Shown here: positions 1 to 9,774 of the stretch, piece after piece
Numbering within the stretch: position 1 is the stretch's first letter
How the letters are laid out: every line of letters starts with the position of its first letter
Virus record (IMG/VR): IMGVR_UViG_3300045988_162656
Strand: one strand, 5' to 3'
Origin: a virus
Lineage: Duplodnaviria > Heunggongvirae > Uroviricota > Caudoviricetes
DNA length: 64,000 nucleotides
The notes under the pieces: generated by a model
What the model saw: the letters and a program-made list of their open reading frames with translations, nothing else
What the model was told of the DNA's origin: nothing
Databases searched by the model: none
Made by a program: the position numbers and the translations under genes

Positions 1-15
1 GTTAAAGTTGCCATA

Positions 16-537
16 TCACTCTCCTTTGATGCGAATGCCTGTTGCAATGCTGTTTATGATGCTGTCAGTGCATGGAGTAGAAAGCTGGGCATCTCCAGCA
101 ATTTTCATGACCTCAACATCCGCATATCGAATACCGAGGTGTATCAGACCGGCTATACCTGACTTAAGTCGAACATTTTCCATAAACAGATCTTTTTCCC
201 GCTGTTTAGCGGCTTCCAACTCCATCGACAATTTTTCCAACTGCTCTTTATGCTTCTTGTATTCCTGATACGCGTGCCAAGACTGACCTTTGCGCACACT
301 ATCAGTGATATCAGCAACCTGCTCCGGTGTTAGCGTGGTCAGTGGCTGTGCTGGAAAAATCATCACTTTCCCGGCATCCCAATCAAAACCCGCCTGAATT
401 GACTGAACCTCAACTGATGGTGTTGAACCGATGCGACCAGGCGAATGAACAACGATCGTTACATCCATATCGCGACGATGGCTGTGGTTGTTGGACAAAA
501 TACGATTCACCAACTCAGAAAATTTGGAAAATTTCAT
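16..537 (-). CDS. hypothetical protein; C-terminus ends GIRIKGE, the same tail as the gene at 859..1389
   Basis: ORF track 16..666 trimmed to ATG (cat 535-537) overlapping the upstream stop; last 24 nt identical to 858-881; no recognisable domain. Confidence 0.45.
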   Translation of the reverse strand: MKFSKFSELVNRILSNNHSHRRDMDVTIVVHSPGRIGSTPSVEVQSIQAGFDWDAGKVMIFPAQPLTTLTPEQVADITDSVRKGQSWHAYQEYKKHKEQLEKLSMELEAAKQREKDLFMENVRLKSGIAGLIHLGIRYADVEVMKIAGDAQLSTPCTDSIINSIATGIRIKGE

Positions 538-857
538 GCTGATCCCTCTTTCTCTCCCCGGATAATTCTGTTGCACACATCCACACACTCGTCGCAGATG
601 AAAACGGCGTCCCCAGCAATTAACTTTTTGACGGCGTACTGGGATTTGTTGCAGAAGCTGCAACAAAGTGTTCGCCTGACTGATAAGGATGGAGCGCCAG
701 ATGTCAGCCGCTCCATATCGTTCTTGCGACGCAATATCACACGGCTGAACTCAACCAGTTTCTCCGGGGATATCTCCTCCTCCGTAGCAAGCGCCTCTAA
801 TCGTTCGAGTATGTGGAAGGCTTTTTTCTGGGTAATTGCAGAATGCGATGTGGTCAT
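534..857 (-). CDS. small zinc-ribbon protein resembling the ClpX N-terminal zinc-binding domain
   Basis: Motif CCSFCNKSQ...[17 protein letters not shown] matches the ClpX C4 zinc-binding domain pattern as I recall it; start ATG (cat 855-857) preceded by AAAGGAGAG; ORF track 534..899 trimmed. Confidence 0.5.
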   Translation of the reverse strand: MTTSHSAITQKKAFHILERLEALATEEEISPEKLVEFSRVILRRKNDMERLTSGAPSLSVRRTLCCSFCNKSQYAVKKLIAGDAVFICDECVDVCNRIIRGEKEGSA

Positions 858-858
858 C

Positions 859-1389
859 TCACTCTCCTTTGATGCGAATGCCAGCGGCGCGGGAATCATT
901 CCATCGCTTTACTTCTTCACGAATTACGTCAATGCATTCTTTCGAATCCATTAGGTAATCTTCATCAAAAAGACGTTCCTGTTCGTTTTCTATCGCAACA
1001 ATGATTGCTTCAACTAACTTTTGTGCCTGAGAATCACTTTCTAACTCTGCTATGCGCTTACTTCCATCCGAGATAACGCCCTCGTAATACTCACGCTGCT
1101 CGTTGAGTTTTGATTTTGCCAACTCCAGTTGTTTTGTTAGTTCCGCAATACGGCAAACATCGTTGATACGCGTTTCCTCTAATGCGTTGATCTCATCCAG
1201 TAGTGCCAGCACGGTTTCTGGTCCGGCCAGAAATTTGAAGGCGTTGAGGGCATCAATATCAACACCGCTATCTTTAAGTTCCTGTTCACTTAACAAGTCA
1301 TCATCAGCTGGCAACATTAACAGGCGTTCCATTGCTGGAATTGCACGTTCCGCCACCTCACGCAGTGCCTGGTAATTAATTTCGCTCAC
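859..1389 (-). CDS. hypothetical coiled-coil protein
   Basis: ORF track; GTG start overlapping the upstream stop (GTGA), SD AAGGAGG 6 nt upstream; ends GIRIKGE. Confidence 0.5.
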   Translation of the reverse strand: MSEINYQALREVAERAIPAMERLLMLPADDDLLSEQELKDSGVDIDALNAFKFLAGPETVLALLDEINALEETRINDVCRIAELTKQLELAKSKLNEQREYYEGVISDGSKRIAELESDSQAQKLVEAIIVAIENEQERLFDEDYLMDSKECIDVIREEVKRWNDSRAAGIRIKGE

Positions 1390-1928
1390 TGGTTGCCTCC
1401 TTTGCGAAGCTGGGCAGCAAAGTCAACTAACCACTCAGTCATTTCAACCTTCCCTACCAGGTCTGAACCAGGGTGCATACAGCAATCACTCTGCGCCGCT
1501 TTGAAATCCTTATACTCATATTCTTGGGCCACCAGATTTTTTGCAGCTTCTATAGCAGCATCCACCCCCTGCGCACGTACTTCAGCCAGAAAAGCATCGG
1601 TGGCTGGAGTCTCCGTTAATTCGCTAACCCAATTATCTCCGTGTTCCTCGGCACACATCGCATCGAATGCTCGCTCAGATTCTTTCAGGGCTGCATTCTC
1701 CGCCGCTAATGCGTCTCTCTGCGCCCGCAACTTCTCAATTTCGGCAGCCATGTAGTAACCAACCATAGCGAAGACGGCAAAAGAGTTGTCTGCCTCATCA
1801 GGCGACACTGAGGCCATTAGCAGACCATCGTAATAATCGTGACTCCCATTGGTGATCGCCACCGCATAGGAGTCGTGGTTCTCACGCTTGTGAATGAGAA
1901 CTACGGGGTTTTCGATTTTGTTACTCAT
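1386..1928 (-). CDS. hypothetical protein
   Basis: ORF track; ATG preceded by the conserved initiation region GAAAAACACATG. Confidence 0.5.
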   Translation of the reverse strand: MSNKIENPVVLIHKRENHDSYAVAITNGSHDYYDGLLMASVSPDEADNSFAVFAMVGYYMAAEIEKLRAQRDALAAENAALKESERAFDAMCAEEHGDNWVSELTETPATDAFLAEVRAQGVDAAIEAAKNLVAQEYEYKDFKAAQSDCCMHPGSDLVGKVEMTEWLVDFAAQLRKGGNQ

Positions 1929-2066
1929 GTGTTTTTCTCTTCTTTGCTGTTACATAAGCACTACCAAGTGCTGGTTTATTTTCACAAATAAGAAAATGTA
2001 GAAAACAATTTATTTAAGGCCACAACTTATGGCCTTTATTTATTCATGCCGAAGGATTTGTAGCGT

Positions 2067-2447
2067 CTAATTGCCGTATAAAATGGGGTGAGGTGCTTGC
2101 CAGTAGGCTCCACCGGTCCATGTGAACCCCATGCGAATAAGAGTGTTTATTGCGGCTTTGGTAGACTCCGATTCGACACTGGCTTTACGAAACTCTTGAA
2201 CCTCTTTCGCCAACCTGTATGTAATTGTGCAGGGGACGATTGCAGCCCAGCCTTTCTCATGACTGTTAATGACCATCTGGATGTGACCATCCAGAATAGG
2301 TTGATTAGACATGTTATTGAAAATGTCTGCCTGTTTTTGAATGTGAAGAAAAAGCCTTGCCAGCTCCATTTGCTCACTACGAGACAAGGGATTATCAAGA
2401 GGGCTTTTTGCAAAAGCGGCTATACGCTGTGCGTCAATGCCAAACAT
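2067..2447 (-). CDS. hypothetical protein
   Basis: ORF track; start abuts the stop of the upstream gene. Confidence 0.45.
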   Translation of the reverse strand: MFGIDAQRIAAFAKSPLDNPLSRSEQMELARLFLHIQKQADIFNNMSNQPILDGHIQMVINSHEKGWAAIVPCTITYRLAKEVQEFRKASVESESTKAAINTLIRMGFTWTGGAYWQAPHPILYGN

Positions 2448-3151
2448 CAGCGCACCTCACCATCTTTATGGCTGGAGTTAACTTCCGCCATTAAATGTCT
2501 GACGTAATCGACAAGAGAGCCACCTGGTGGAATCTGGCATTCCTCAACTAACTGGAAGTAGATATCCGCAGCATTACGTGTATTGCTACCCGCGCATATT
2601 CTTTCTTCCCGAAGTGCATGAAGCTCGTTGATCAAACGGTCACACTCTCCGTTACGCTGATCCACAACAGCCTCAAGTTCTGCGACGCGTTCACCTGGCG
2701 TCTTACCTTCTTCGCGTTGGATGGTAACGACGAAATCGCCAATTGCAGGGACGTTGTAATCCAGCTCAAGGTAGTTTTTGGCACCGCTGCGGACGAACTC
2801 ACCCGCGAACATGGTGGCGAACATCTCAGAGGCCATTGTGCTGTTGAAAAGTGACTCCAGATCTAACGGAGTCCCGGCAGCCAGAGCCTCTTTTGCTGTA
2901 TCCATTGTATCCATGAACCGATCAAACTCATTAGCGCGCTTTTCCAGGTCTTTCCATTGCTCGCTCCAACGTTTGGCAATGAAGTCTATGAATGTTTTCG
3001 CGGATTCATCAAAATCCCCCTCAAACTTAACGATGCCTTTATCAATAATGATCTGGCCTACCGCATCCTCTGCATAACCTTTCAATGTAAACTTGAAAGG
3101 AAAATCAGAATGGCCTGTGACGTTAAAATGCTCTAACTGGAGGTTGTTCAT
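2447..3151 (-). CDS. hypothetical protein
   Basis: ORF track; ATG preceded by AAGAGAAAAACAT. Confidence 0.5.
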   Translation of the reverse strand: MNNLQLEHFNVTGHSDFPFKFTLKGYAEDAVGQIIIDKGIVKFEGDFDESAKTFIDFIAKRWSEQWKDLEKRANEFDRFMDTMDTAKEALAAGTPLDLESLFNSTMASEMFATMFAGEFVRSGAKNYLELDYNVPAIGDFVVTIQREEGKTPGERVAELEAVVDQRNGECDRLINELHALREERICAGSNTRNAADIYFQLVEECQIPPGGSLVDYVRHLMAEVNSSHKDGEVR

Positions 3152-3212
3152 ATGTTTTTCTCTTATCGTTTAGTTATTACATTCTTACACAAATTAAGTA
3201 AGTATTTACCTA

Positions 3213-4898
3213 TCATTTAACGCGTTTGAAAACGTATACGCTGACTGTGATCCCTGTGTCTTCAAACTCGTTGGTAAACGACTTCCCTCTGGCATAAACG
3301 TAATTATCCATCGTCATCCAGTCCAGTATTGGCGCAGTGCCCGGCAATACTGCTACAAGACGCCCGCCGACTTTCAGATGCCCCAGCGCAGCCAGCGTGT
3401 GCTCTCTATGACGACCAAGCGAGTACGGCGGGTTCATAACGATTTTGTCGAACTGATAACCTGCGTTGTCCTCAGACCACTTTATGAAGTCGCAGCAAAT
3501 CGTGTTCGTATACCCTTTTCCACGCAGGATATCAGCGAAGAGAGGTGCGATTTCTATGCAGGTAACATCTTCCAGATCGGCGTTAATATAGGCCAGAAGA
3601 TCCCCACGTCCGGCTTGAGGCTCCAACAGCTTCTCACCAGGCTTCAATTCAGTGGCTCTGGCAACGTACTCAGCAATCAAGCGTGGGGTAGGGTAGAACT
3701 GGTGTGATTTTGTATCCGGTATTAAACCGGTAGCCACAATCGTATTTAGCGTATGGCCGATCTCATACGGGAACTGCCAGTGCTTTTTCTCCTGCACGCC
3801 GCCAATGAAGCTCAGTGTGCGCTCAAGCTCTTCCACCTGCGACTTCTGGAGAGCTGAATCAGAGAAGTACCATACGCCTTTGTCTTTGCTCAATCGCCCG
3901 TCACGAAGCGCAGTGCGAACCGGCACGGAGATCGTCTTCTGGATTAACCCGAACTGCTTTGGTGCCCGTGTTTTTGGCGCAGTTCGGCATGGCGCGGGGA
4001 TTGCAGCAGGCATACTGTAAGCCAGCACCTCATTCAACTTCCAGGCCACGTCAGGATGTATTTCAAAGTGAACGTTGCCGTTCTTGAACATCTTCACGCG
4101 CATCAGATTTCCATCGACGTTCATCCAGTCACCGGTCTGGCAGTCGTTTGCCCGATACGCAGCTGATAGCACCTCAGCAGTGCGGTTGATGGTAATAAAT
4201 TCTTTGTGCGCGAAGAAATGAAGCAAGACACGCAGATCGTCGATGTAGTCCTCTTTGCGATAGTTCACGCTAACGCTGTCACGCCAGAAATCAGAAATGC
4301 AGTCAGCGATTATCAGACGCTCGCTGAAACCGTTTGTCTTATTTGTCTTGTGCGCAGGACTCAGCGCCTTAAACAAGCCATACACGCGCTCAGAGAGATA
4401 TTTGTGCCTGTCATTCAGCAAATTAAGCATCGTTGGTATGACCGTTTCTGCTTTGAACTCCGGTACACCAACGAACTCTTTAACCTTCATCTGATAGCCG
4501 GTTCTGTCAGTTTTGATGACTTCCTGCTTGCCCTCGATAAATAGCTCACGCCACTCGTCGCGACGGGAAGCTGGCATGATCAGCAGAACGTTAGTCATAT
4601 CCGTAACCTTCCTCCAGTACTCGGCCCAAATATTCTGTTTCACCCATTCCAGATCGACGTTATCCAGCCAGACTCGATTCAAACGTGAGCGATCTTCATC
4701 TGGTCGGTGGTTTAGTCGAAGCAGGCGATTAATCATGTTGTGGCGTTCATCGCCATAAACGAAGTCGTGTACCTGATACATGAAGGAGATCTCTTTCTCG
4801 CACTCGGCCACAATTTCGTGGATGACGTTCATTTCCTGTCGATAGTCGATAGCAGTGTTTGAGCTGGCATCGCCCATGATGGAAAGGGCTGTATTCAT
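3213..4898 (-). CDS. putative N6-adenine DNA methyltransferase with large N-terminal domain of unknown function
   Basis: C-terminal third carries LEPQAGRGDL (motif I-like) followed by NPPY (motif IV), the order seen in N6-adenine MTases; N-terminal ~350 aa unrecognised. Confidence 0.6.
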   Translation of the reverse strand: MNTALSIMGDASSNTAIDYRQEMNVIHEIVAECEKEISFMYQVHDFVYGDERHNMINRLLRLNHRPDEDRSRLNRVWLDNVDLEWVKQNIWAEYWRKVTDMTNVLLIMPASRRDEWRELFIEGKQEVIKTDRTGYQMKVKEFVGVPEFKAETVIPTMLNLLNDRHKYLSERVYGLFKALSPAHKTNKTNGFSERLIIADCISDFWRDSVSVNYRKEDYIDDLRVLLHFFAHKEFITINRTAEVLSAAYRANDCQTGDWMNVDGNLMRVKMFKNGNVHFEIHPDVAWKLNEVLAYSMPAAIPAPCRTAPKTRAPKQFGLIQKTISVPVRTALRDGRLSKDKGVWYFSDSALQKSQVEELERTLSFIGGVQEKKHWQFPYEIGHTLNTIVATGLIPDTKSHQFYPTPRLIAEYVARATELKPGEKLLEPQAGRGDLLAYINADLEDVTCIEIAPLFADILRGKGYTNTICCDFIKWSEDNAGYQFDKIVMNPPYSLGRHREHTLAALGHLKVGGRLVAVLPGTAPILDWMTMDNYVYARGKSFTNEFEDTGITVSVYVFKRVK

Positions 4899-5001
4899 AA
4901 TTGCACCATTAAGAAATGATTTGTTTAATGATGCAATTATTTCAAAAATAAAAAGGTGCTAAATAGAAATTAACAGGCAATACTTAAAATAAAGGCATTG
5001 A

Positions 5002-5676
5002 CTAATCATACTTGGATGTATTTATAACCAGGACTTTATTTGTATATAGTTTTTTTACATTCCATGTAACATTACTTGAATACCATTCACCATTATATAT
5101 TTGGTTTCCCGTTGCGCCTGTCATTGTTACGTATACAGGTCTGTCGTAAGGTGTTCGTCTATAGTTATATACTCCAACCATTGCAGGCATTATCGCACAC
5201 GGGTATCCCATATTTATGGTAAATTGAGGATTTGTAATAGTGATAATCTCTGCATCAAGGGGCATCATCTCACCGTGATATACCATTTTACCTGCGCTAT
5301 TATACATGGCAATACCATATCCTGAATGTGGTAACACCATATCAGAAAAAGCATAAACTGTTATCGTTCCGGGGTTTCCTCCAACCTGATTCAGTCTGAG
5401 AACATTATACCCATCTCTAAATTCATGAACGAACATCATATTCGCCTTATTACTGCTTTTTATAAAGAAAAAACATGATTTGTTCGACGGTATTGAAGTC
5501 TTAAAAACAGAACCTTTAGACGTGGACATTGTCCCCCTATTAATCAAATTTTGCGGTGTAAATTCTGGACTCATCCACACATTACCATTTGACTGAGTAA
5601 TTGACATCCCGAACATTATTGTTATCCCCAATATGTATATATATAAGATCCAAGTCCCTTGTATAAATTTGACCAA
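5002..5676 (-). CDS. hypothetical protein in AT-rich island (hydrophobic N-terminal segment)
   Basis: ORF track; region 4900-5950 is visibly AT-richer than its flanks; overlaps ORF 5622..5903 in another frame at a TA-repeat tract. Confidence 0.35.
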   Translation of the reverse strand: MVKFIQGTWILYIYILGITIMFGMSITQSNGNVWMSPEFTPQNLINRGTMSTSKGSVFKTSIPSNKSCFFFIKSSNKANMMFVHEFRDGYNVLRLNQVGGNPGTITVYAFSDMVLPHSGYGIAMYNSAGKMVYHGEMMPLDAEIITITNPQFTINMGYPCAIMPAMVGVYNYRRTPYDRPVYVTMTGATGNQIYNGEWYSSNVTWNVKKLYTNKVLVINTSKYD

Positions 5677-5903
5677 CTTACTGTATTGCCGTTAATAGTG
5701 ATAGTTGGTGTAGGTATATTTACATGGTTATCGTTATTTAAAGGCATCAATGAGCACACAGCATGTAATGATTTGCCAGGTGGTGGATTTGGGTAAGTCT
5801 TAGAGCCTGACGTGGTTGTAAATCGATCAAGAAAAAAAATAGGAGTAAGGAAGCCGGTAACGTTAACTCCCTTATTATTGTAGATCCCTGTACCGTATGC
5901 CAT
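5622..5903 (-). CDS. hypothetical protein in AT-rich island (possibly the N-terminal part of a frameshifted gene)
   Basis: ORF track; overlaps 5002..5676 by ~55 nt at a short TA repeat. Confidence 0.3.
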   Translation of the reverse strand: MAYGTGIYNNKGVNVTGFLTPIFFLDRFTTTSGSKTYPNPPPGKSLHAVCSLMPLNNDNHVNIPTPTITINGNTVSWSNLYKGLGSYIYTYWG

Positions 5904-5957
5904 TTTTCATCCTTGTTTTTATCAACATAATATGGCCGATCATGCGGCCATATCAGA

Positions 5958-6527
5958 TCAATTAGAGCTTTGAAAGGCTTTGTGTGGCTGTGTTGCGAGG
6001 TTATGTCGATGGCTTAACTCACGCATCATGTCTTCAAGGCGACTCTTTGTGTCGTCGAGTTGGTCAGCCATTGCTCCTAAAAGCTGACGAACTACCATCG
6101 GATCGTCGCTGTTTAGTGATGGCATTTTATAACCCGCCTGAGAAGACATCAGATTGAATGCTGACATCAACATCGTTAGAGAGGATTTAAGCCCGGCAAT
6201 TTCACGATCTTTGCTGGCAATAATCGTCTCACTTTTGTTACTGTCATGAGTTCCTTGAGTCTCGATCACCATATCCAAAGTCTCTTGCAACTTATCAGCT
6301 CTCTGTTTTTCAGCAAGATAATGAACACCGAAATGATGTGCTAAAGCTACAACCTGAGTTGGCTCTTCAAAGGTGGACTCAAAATTAAGTGCTGTAACCA
6401 CTCTCTCAAAAATGGAAACGTCTTCTATTCCTCGAAGAATGGCTAACATTTTGACAAGTTCATTAGCATCCATTTCTTCGAATAGGGCGTTTTGTTCATC
6501 AGCTATTGCTTTGCATTTCTCGCACAT
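5958..6527 (-). CDS. hypothetical protein
   Basis: ORF track; SD AAGGAAAACAT upstream, preceded by AAACAAGTTGTTTTC palindrome. Confidence 0.5.
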   Translation of the reverse strand: MCEKCKAIADEQNALFEEMDANELVKMLAILRGIEDVSIFERVVTALNFESTFEEPTQVVALAHHFGVHYLAEKQRADKLQETLDMVIETQGTHDSNKSETIIASKDREIAGLKSSLTMLMSAFNLMSSQAGYKMPSLNSDDPMVVRQLLGAMADQLDDTKSRLEDMMRELSHRHNLATQPHKAFQSSN

Positions 6528-6666
6528 ATGTTTTCCTTAATGCTTAAACAAGTTGTTTTCTTATTGGCTTTATTGTGATGTGGCATAAAAGGGGAGCAAG
6601 CTAAACGTAAAGGTGCAAACTCTCTATTTCGGTCAACGAAACACAATGGCCATTTGACCCTTGTCA

Positions 6667-6825
6667 TTAACACGTTGCTTTACGGACTAGCGGATAAGCG
6701 AAGTAGATCGCCAGACCAATGAGGACGCCATCAGAAATGACAGACATCATCTTTCCCGTAAAATCCACCAACACCGCCATCACCAGAAGAGCAATGACGG
6801 TCACAAGCCGGAATCTCTCAAGCAT
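6667..6825 (-). CDS. small hydrophobic protein (~52 aa), translationally coupled to the TerB-like gene
   Basis: Hand-translated (MLERFRLVTVIALLVMAVLVDFTG...); ATG overlaps upstream stop as TAATG; not in ORF track. Confidence 0.3.
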   Translation of the reverse strand: MLERFRLVTVIALLVMAVLVDFTGKMMSVISDGVLIGLAIYFAYPLVRKATC

Positions 6826-7250
6826 TAGAGATAAACATCCAGTGACAACTGAAGCGCCTGGGCGATCTTTTTCAGCGCCTGCTCTTCTGGTTCATCAATG
6901 CCGTCTTGGTCGGCAATATCAAGGCACAGACAAAGTACATCTACTGCATCATCAGTCCCGGCCACATCCGCCAGCTCACGTAAAGCCTGGGCATTAGCAC
7001 GGCGCGGTGAGGCTTCGTATTGAGCGCGGATATTGGCGCTCATCTGGGCAATCTCACCAGCAAAAGGAGAAAATGCAGGCAGAGCTGCAATTGTTTTCTC
7101 AAGAATGGAAATTTCTTTTGCATCGCATGTACCGTTGGCATAGGAGATCATGTACCCACCCCACACGGTGGCTTCAACCGCATCACGGTTCTCCATTTTT
7201 TTGACTTCGATAACTGCTTTACGAGTTTTCTTTTTGAAGAAACCTAACAT
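6825..7250 (-). CDS. TerB-like domain protein
   Basis: Overall resemblance to TerB-family proteins (helical, acidic C-terminal region DQDGIDEPEEQALKKIAQAL); conserved initiation region upstream. Confidence 0.5.
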   Translation of the reverse strand: MLGFFKKKTRKAVIEVKKMENRDAVEATVWGGYMISYANGTCDAKEISILEKTIAALPAFSPFAGEIAQMSANIRAQYEASPRRANAQALRELADVAGTDDAVDVLCLCLDIADQDGIDEPEEQALKKIAQALQLSLDVYL

Positions 7251-7293
7251 GTGTTTTCCTTTTGTTATTGGTCAAAACAAGTTGTTTTCTAGT

Positions 7294-7323
7294 TAAATAA
7301 ATTGCTTACGCAAAGACGGTCAA
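7294..7323 (-). promoter_or_regulatory. candidate sigma70 promoter for the TerB-like operon
   Basis: TTGACC, 17-18 bp spacer, TTATTT/TATTTA on minus strand, followed by AAACAACTTGTTTT palindrome near predicted +1. Confidence 0.35.
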
Positions 7324-7343
7324 TGCATATGCACTAACAACCG

Positions 7344-7532
7344 TCAGAAATAACCAAGTACCGAACCGACTGGAAAAATAAAAATCCCAACTACACGAGC
7401 CAAGGTCATGCCAGCCTGAAACTGGAGATCGCCAGAGCAAACAAGTTTTATAATGTTCGATACCCAACCGGCGGCCATGAGGGCAAGAATTGCCAGCCAA
7501 ATTTTTCCAAAGTGATTTGAAAACCAGTTCAT
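7344..7532 (-). CDS. small membrane protein
   Basis: 62 aa, two hydrophobic segments; SD AAGGCGG upstream. Confidence 0.45.
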   Translation of the reverse strand: MNWFSNHFGKIWLAILALMAAGWVSNIIKLVCSGDLQFQAGMTLARVVGIFIFPVGSVLGYF

Positions 7533-7747
7533 ACAACCGCCTTAGTCACAGCATGATCCTGAGTAACTGGATGAACTTGAGGTATCGCATCCACCGTCAT
7601 CCCATCCAGAGTGACAGGTCGCTCTACTGGAGTGGTGGTAATTGTCGTCGACGGAGGTGTGGTGATGGATGAATCCGGCATCAAAAGGCTCTGACCGGCT
7701 GGAACGGCTACCGTCGCCAGTGAAACTATAATGAGAACGTAGGCCAT
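7529..7747 (-). CDS. small secreted Thr/Pro-rich protein
   Basis: Signal-peptide-like N-terminus MAYVLIIVSLATVAVPAG; SD AAGAGG 9 nt upstream; conflicts with ORF 7542..8057 in another frame. Confidence 0.4.
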   Translation of the reverse strand: MAYVLIIVSLATVAVPAGQSLLMPDSSITTPPSTTITTTPVERPVTLDGMTVDAIPQVHPVTQDHAVTKAVV

Positions 7748-8034
7748 TGGTTTCAGCCTCTTTCTTTGAAAATTTTCCATTCGAACTGTCCTTGTTGTTT
7801 TTCTCCTTCACTAAAGGCCGTGCATTTTTCGCTTCGCGTGAAGAACCAGAGGCAACAATCGCCCACACGTTCGCAACAACTGACGCTTGATTATCTAAAC
7901 GTTCATTCAGCAACCGAACGGTAGTCTCTAGTTCATCAAGGCGTGACATAACACGACCGCTAAATAATTCGGCCAAAATTTGACGTAAAGAACGAGGACG
8001 TTTAGTTACAGAAGTGAAATAGGTTTGACGTGCC
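7542..8034 (-). CDS. hypothetical protein (uncertain; C-terminal part overlaps 7529..7747 and looks like wrong-frame translation)
   Basis: ORF track 7542..8057; N-terminal ~85 aa look protein-like (coiled coil), C-terminal region is low complexity. Confidence 0.25.
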
Positions 8035-8181
8035 ATGTGGACTCCATCCAGTGTCATAAAGAGTTGCGGCTGGCAATCGCCAGCCGCCTTTCTCGTTCCA
8101 TCCTGGAACTGTGTCTTACCGACACATTGTCATCCTGACGCCGATAAGATACATGATTTATAATGATAGGTAAACACTTAC

Positions 8182-8775
8182 TTACTGTTTGTTATAAACA
8201 AAACCAATATCTTTCTTGTGAGGCATATCTGCTGCTGAAAAAGCTGCGATCTTCGCGAGTCGATCACATATTTCATTTTCACGATGCCCGGCGTGACCTT
8301 TAACCCACTTCCAGCGAACATTATGTCGACTTGCGGCCTCATCCAGACGCTTCCACAGATCAACATTCTTTACCGGTTTTTTGTCAGAAGTCATCCATCC
8401 ATTGCGTTTCCACCATTTCATCCACTGTGTCATGCCGTTTTTCAGATACTGGCTATCAGAGTGCAAAATAACGTTGCATGGATATTTCAAACGCTCCAGC
8501 CCGATAAGTGCCCCCATCATCTCCATGCGGTTATTGGTGGTGCTATGAAAACCATCTGAGAACTCGCGTTCCTCGCCACGATACTGGAGAACGATACCGT
8601 AACCGCCCGGGCCACCCGGATTTTTAAGGCAAGAGCCATCACTAAAGATTTTCACGGTTTTAAGCTGGGGATTGAACTCTACGACAGGCGTTGTGGGATT
8701 GGTGCGGGGAGAATTTTTGTTTTTGTCTTTTTTGCGAGTTTTTGCTTGCGGTCGGGCTGGTGTCTTCGTTGTCAT
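8182..8775 (-). CDS. rnhA: ribonuclease H
   Basis: RNase HI-like blocks (IFSDGSC...[40 protein letters not shown]); start set at MTTKT with SD GGAG; ORF track 8182..8859 trimmed. Confidence 0.85.
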   Translation of the reverse strand: MTTKTPARPQAKTRKKDKNKNSPRTNPTTPVVEFNPQLKTVKIFSDGSCLKNPGGPGGYGIVLQYRGEEREFSDGFHSTTNNRMEMMGALIGLERLKYPCNVILHSDSQYLKNGMTQWMKWWKRNGWMTSDKKPVKNVDLWKRLDEAASRHNVRWKWVKGHAGHRENEICDRLAKIAAFSAADMPHKKDIGFVYNKQ

Positions 8776-9356
8776 ATAAACTCCTGAATCAAGCGCCGCG
8801 CCGATTTTTCCTCGCGCGTGCGCACACGCGTGCGTGTTAATAATTATTAAAATAAACAAATTACTTCCCAGAACAGGTTTTTATAAACCTGAACTGAACG
8901 AACGAAGTGAGTGAAGTTCACCTCGAACGAAGTGAGAGGTTGTCTTTTCAGGTAATACTCTCCCAGGGAGGTGAGTATAAAATTCCTCACCAACCTGGTC
9001 GTTTCATAACCTGAAAAGCTATGGTCTAAGTCTACTGCCAGCTTAGACTTGGGAAGTTATGGATGACAGCACCCCAGAACCGAGATCTTCCCACACTTTA
9101 TGAAGGGGAGTACTGGATTCAACCTCTCGAAACACCCCAGACTCGACAATCATAAAGTGACCCTTGTCTCCGCTCACTTTGGTTCCCCCTTCCCCGACAC
9201 CTAAACGGCACCGGTTCTACGCTGGTAGTGAGCTTTTTTAAACCTGACGCCAGTGACGCTTACCCCCACCCATCAGGTCGAGTCTCCAGTCTACGACTGG
9301 AAACTATCAGATCTTAGCACTTACAATTCATCTTATGAATAGTTTGTACTTATCTA

Positions 9357-9587
9357 TCATTTCGATTGATTATTTTCTCGACCATGTAGTTGAACATTCA
9401 AGGCAAACACCTCGTTGATCAACTCACCTAAAAGCTGTTCAACAAGTTCGCGATGCTCCCCAAGATGCAAGCACTTAATTGCCCACTCGTACAAGTTGAA
9501 AGCCTGCTCACGATCTTTCATCATTTCACGAGCCTGGGCCAGAAAATCGCTGTCTACGAGCGCAACGACATTAGTCGGGTATGACAT
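9357..9587 (-). CDS. hypothetical protein
   Basis: ORF track 9357..9611 trimmed to ATG preceded by TAAGGAAACCAAC. Confidence 0.45.
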   Translation of the reverse strand: MSYPTNVVALVDSDFLAQAREMMKDREQAFNLYEWAIKCLHLGEHRELVEQLLGELINEVFALNVQLHGRENNQSK

Positions 9588-9774
9588 GTTGGTTTCCTTA
9601 AAGTGGTTCATAAAATCGATTTTAAAGCGTCTGGGAAGGGGGTCTAGTGGATTCTGTAGTGATGTTCAGGTCTGGAGTCTCTGATACAAAACAGCCTGCT
9701 TCCGTATATTAATAATTAATATGTAGTTATTTATATATATACAGAAGCAGGCTAATTACAGACGCCAGAACAAA

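Noticed and set aside
445-954. Plus-strand ORFs overlapping minus-strand genes (e.g. 445..954, 12217..12855, 36682..37197, 50514..51173, 57245..57727)
   Set aside because: They lie antisense to well-supported minus-strand genes, lack SD sequences and have low-complexity translations; treated as spurious
8860-9356. ORF-free structured region considered as a retron non-coding RNA
   Set aside because: No reverse transcriptase gene is adjacent; it remains a generic ncRNA or regulatory candidate
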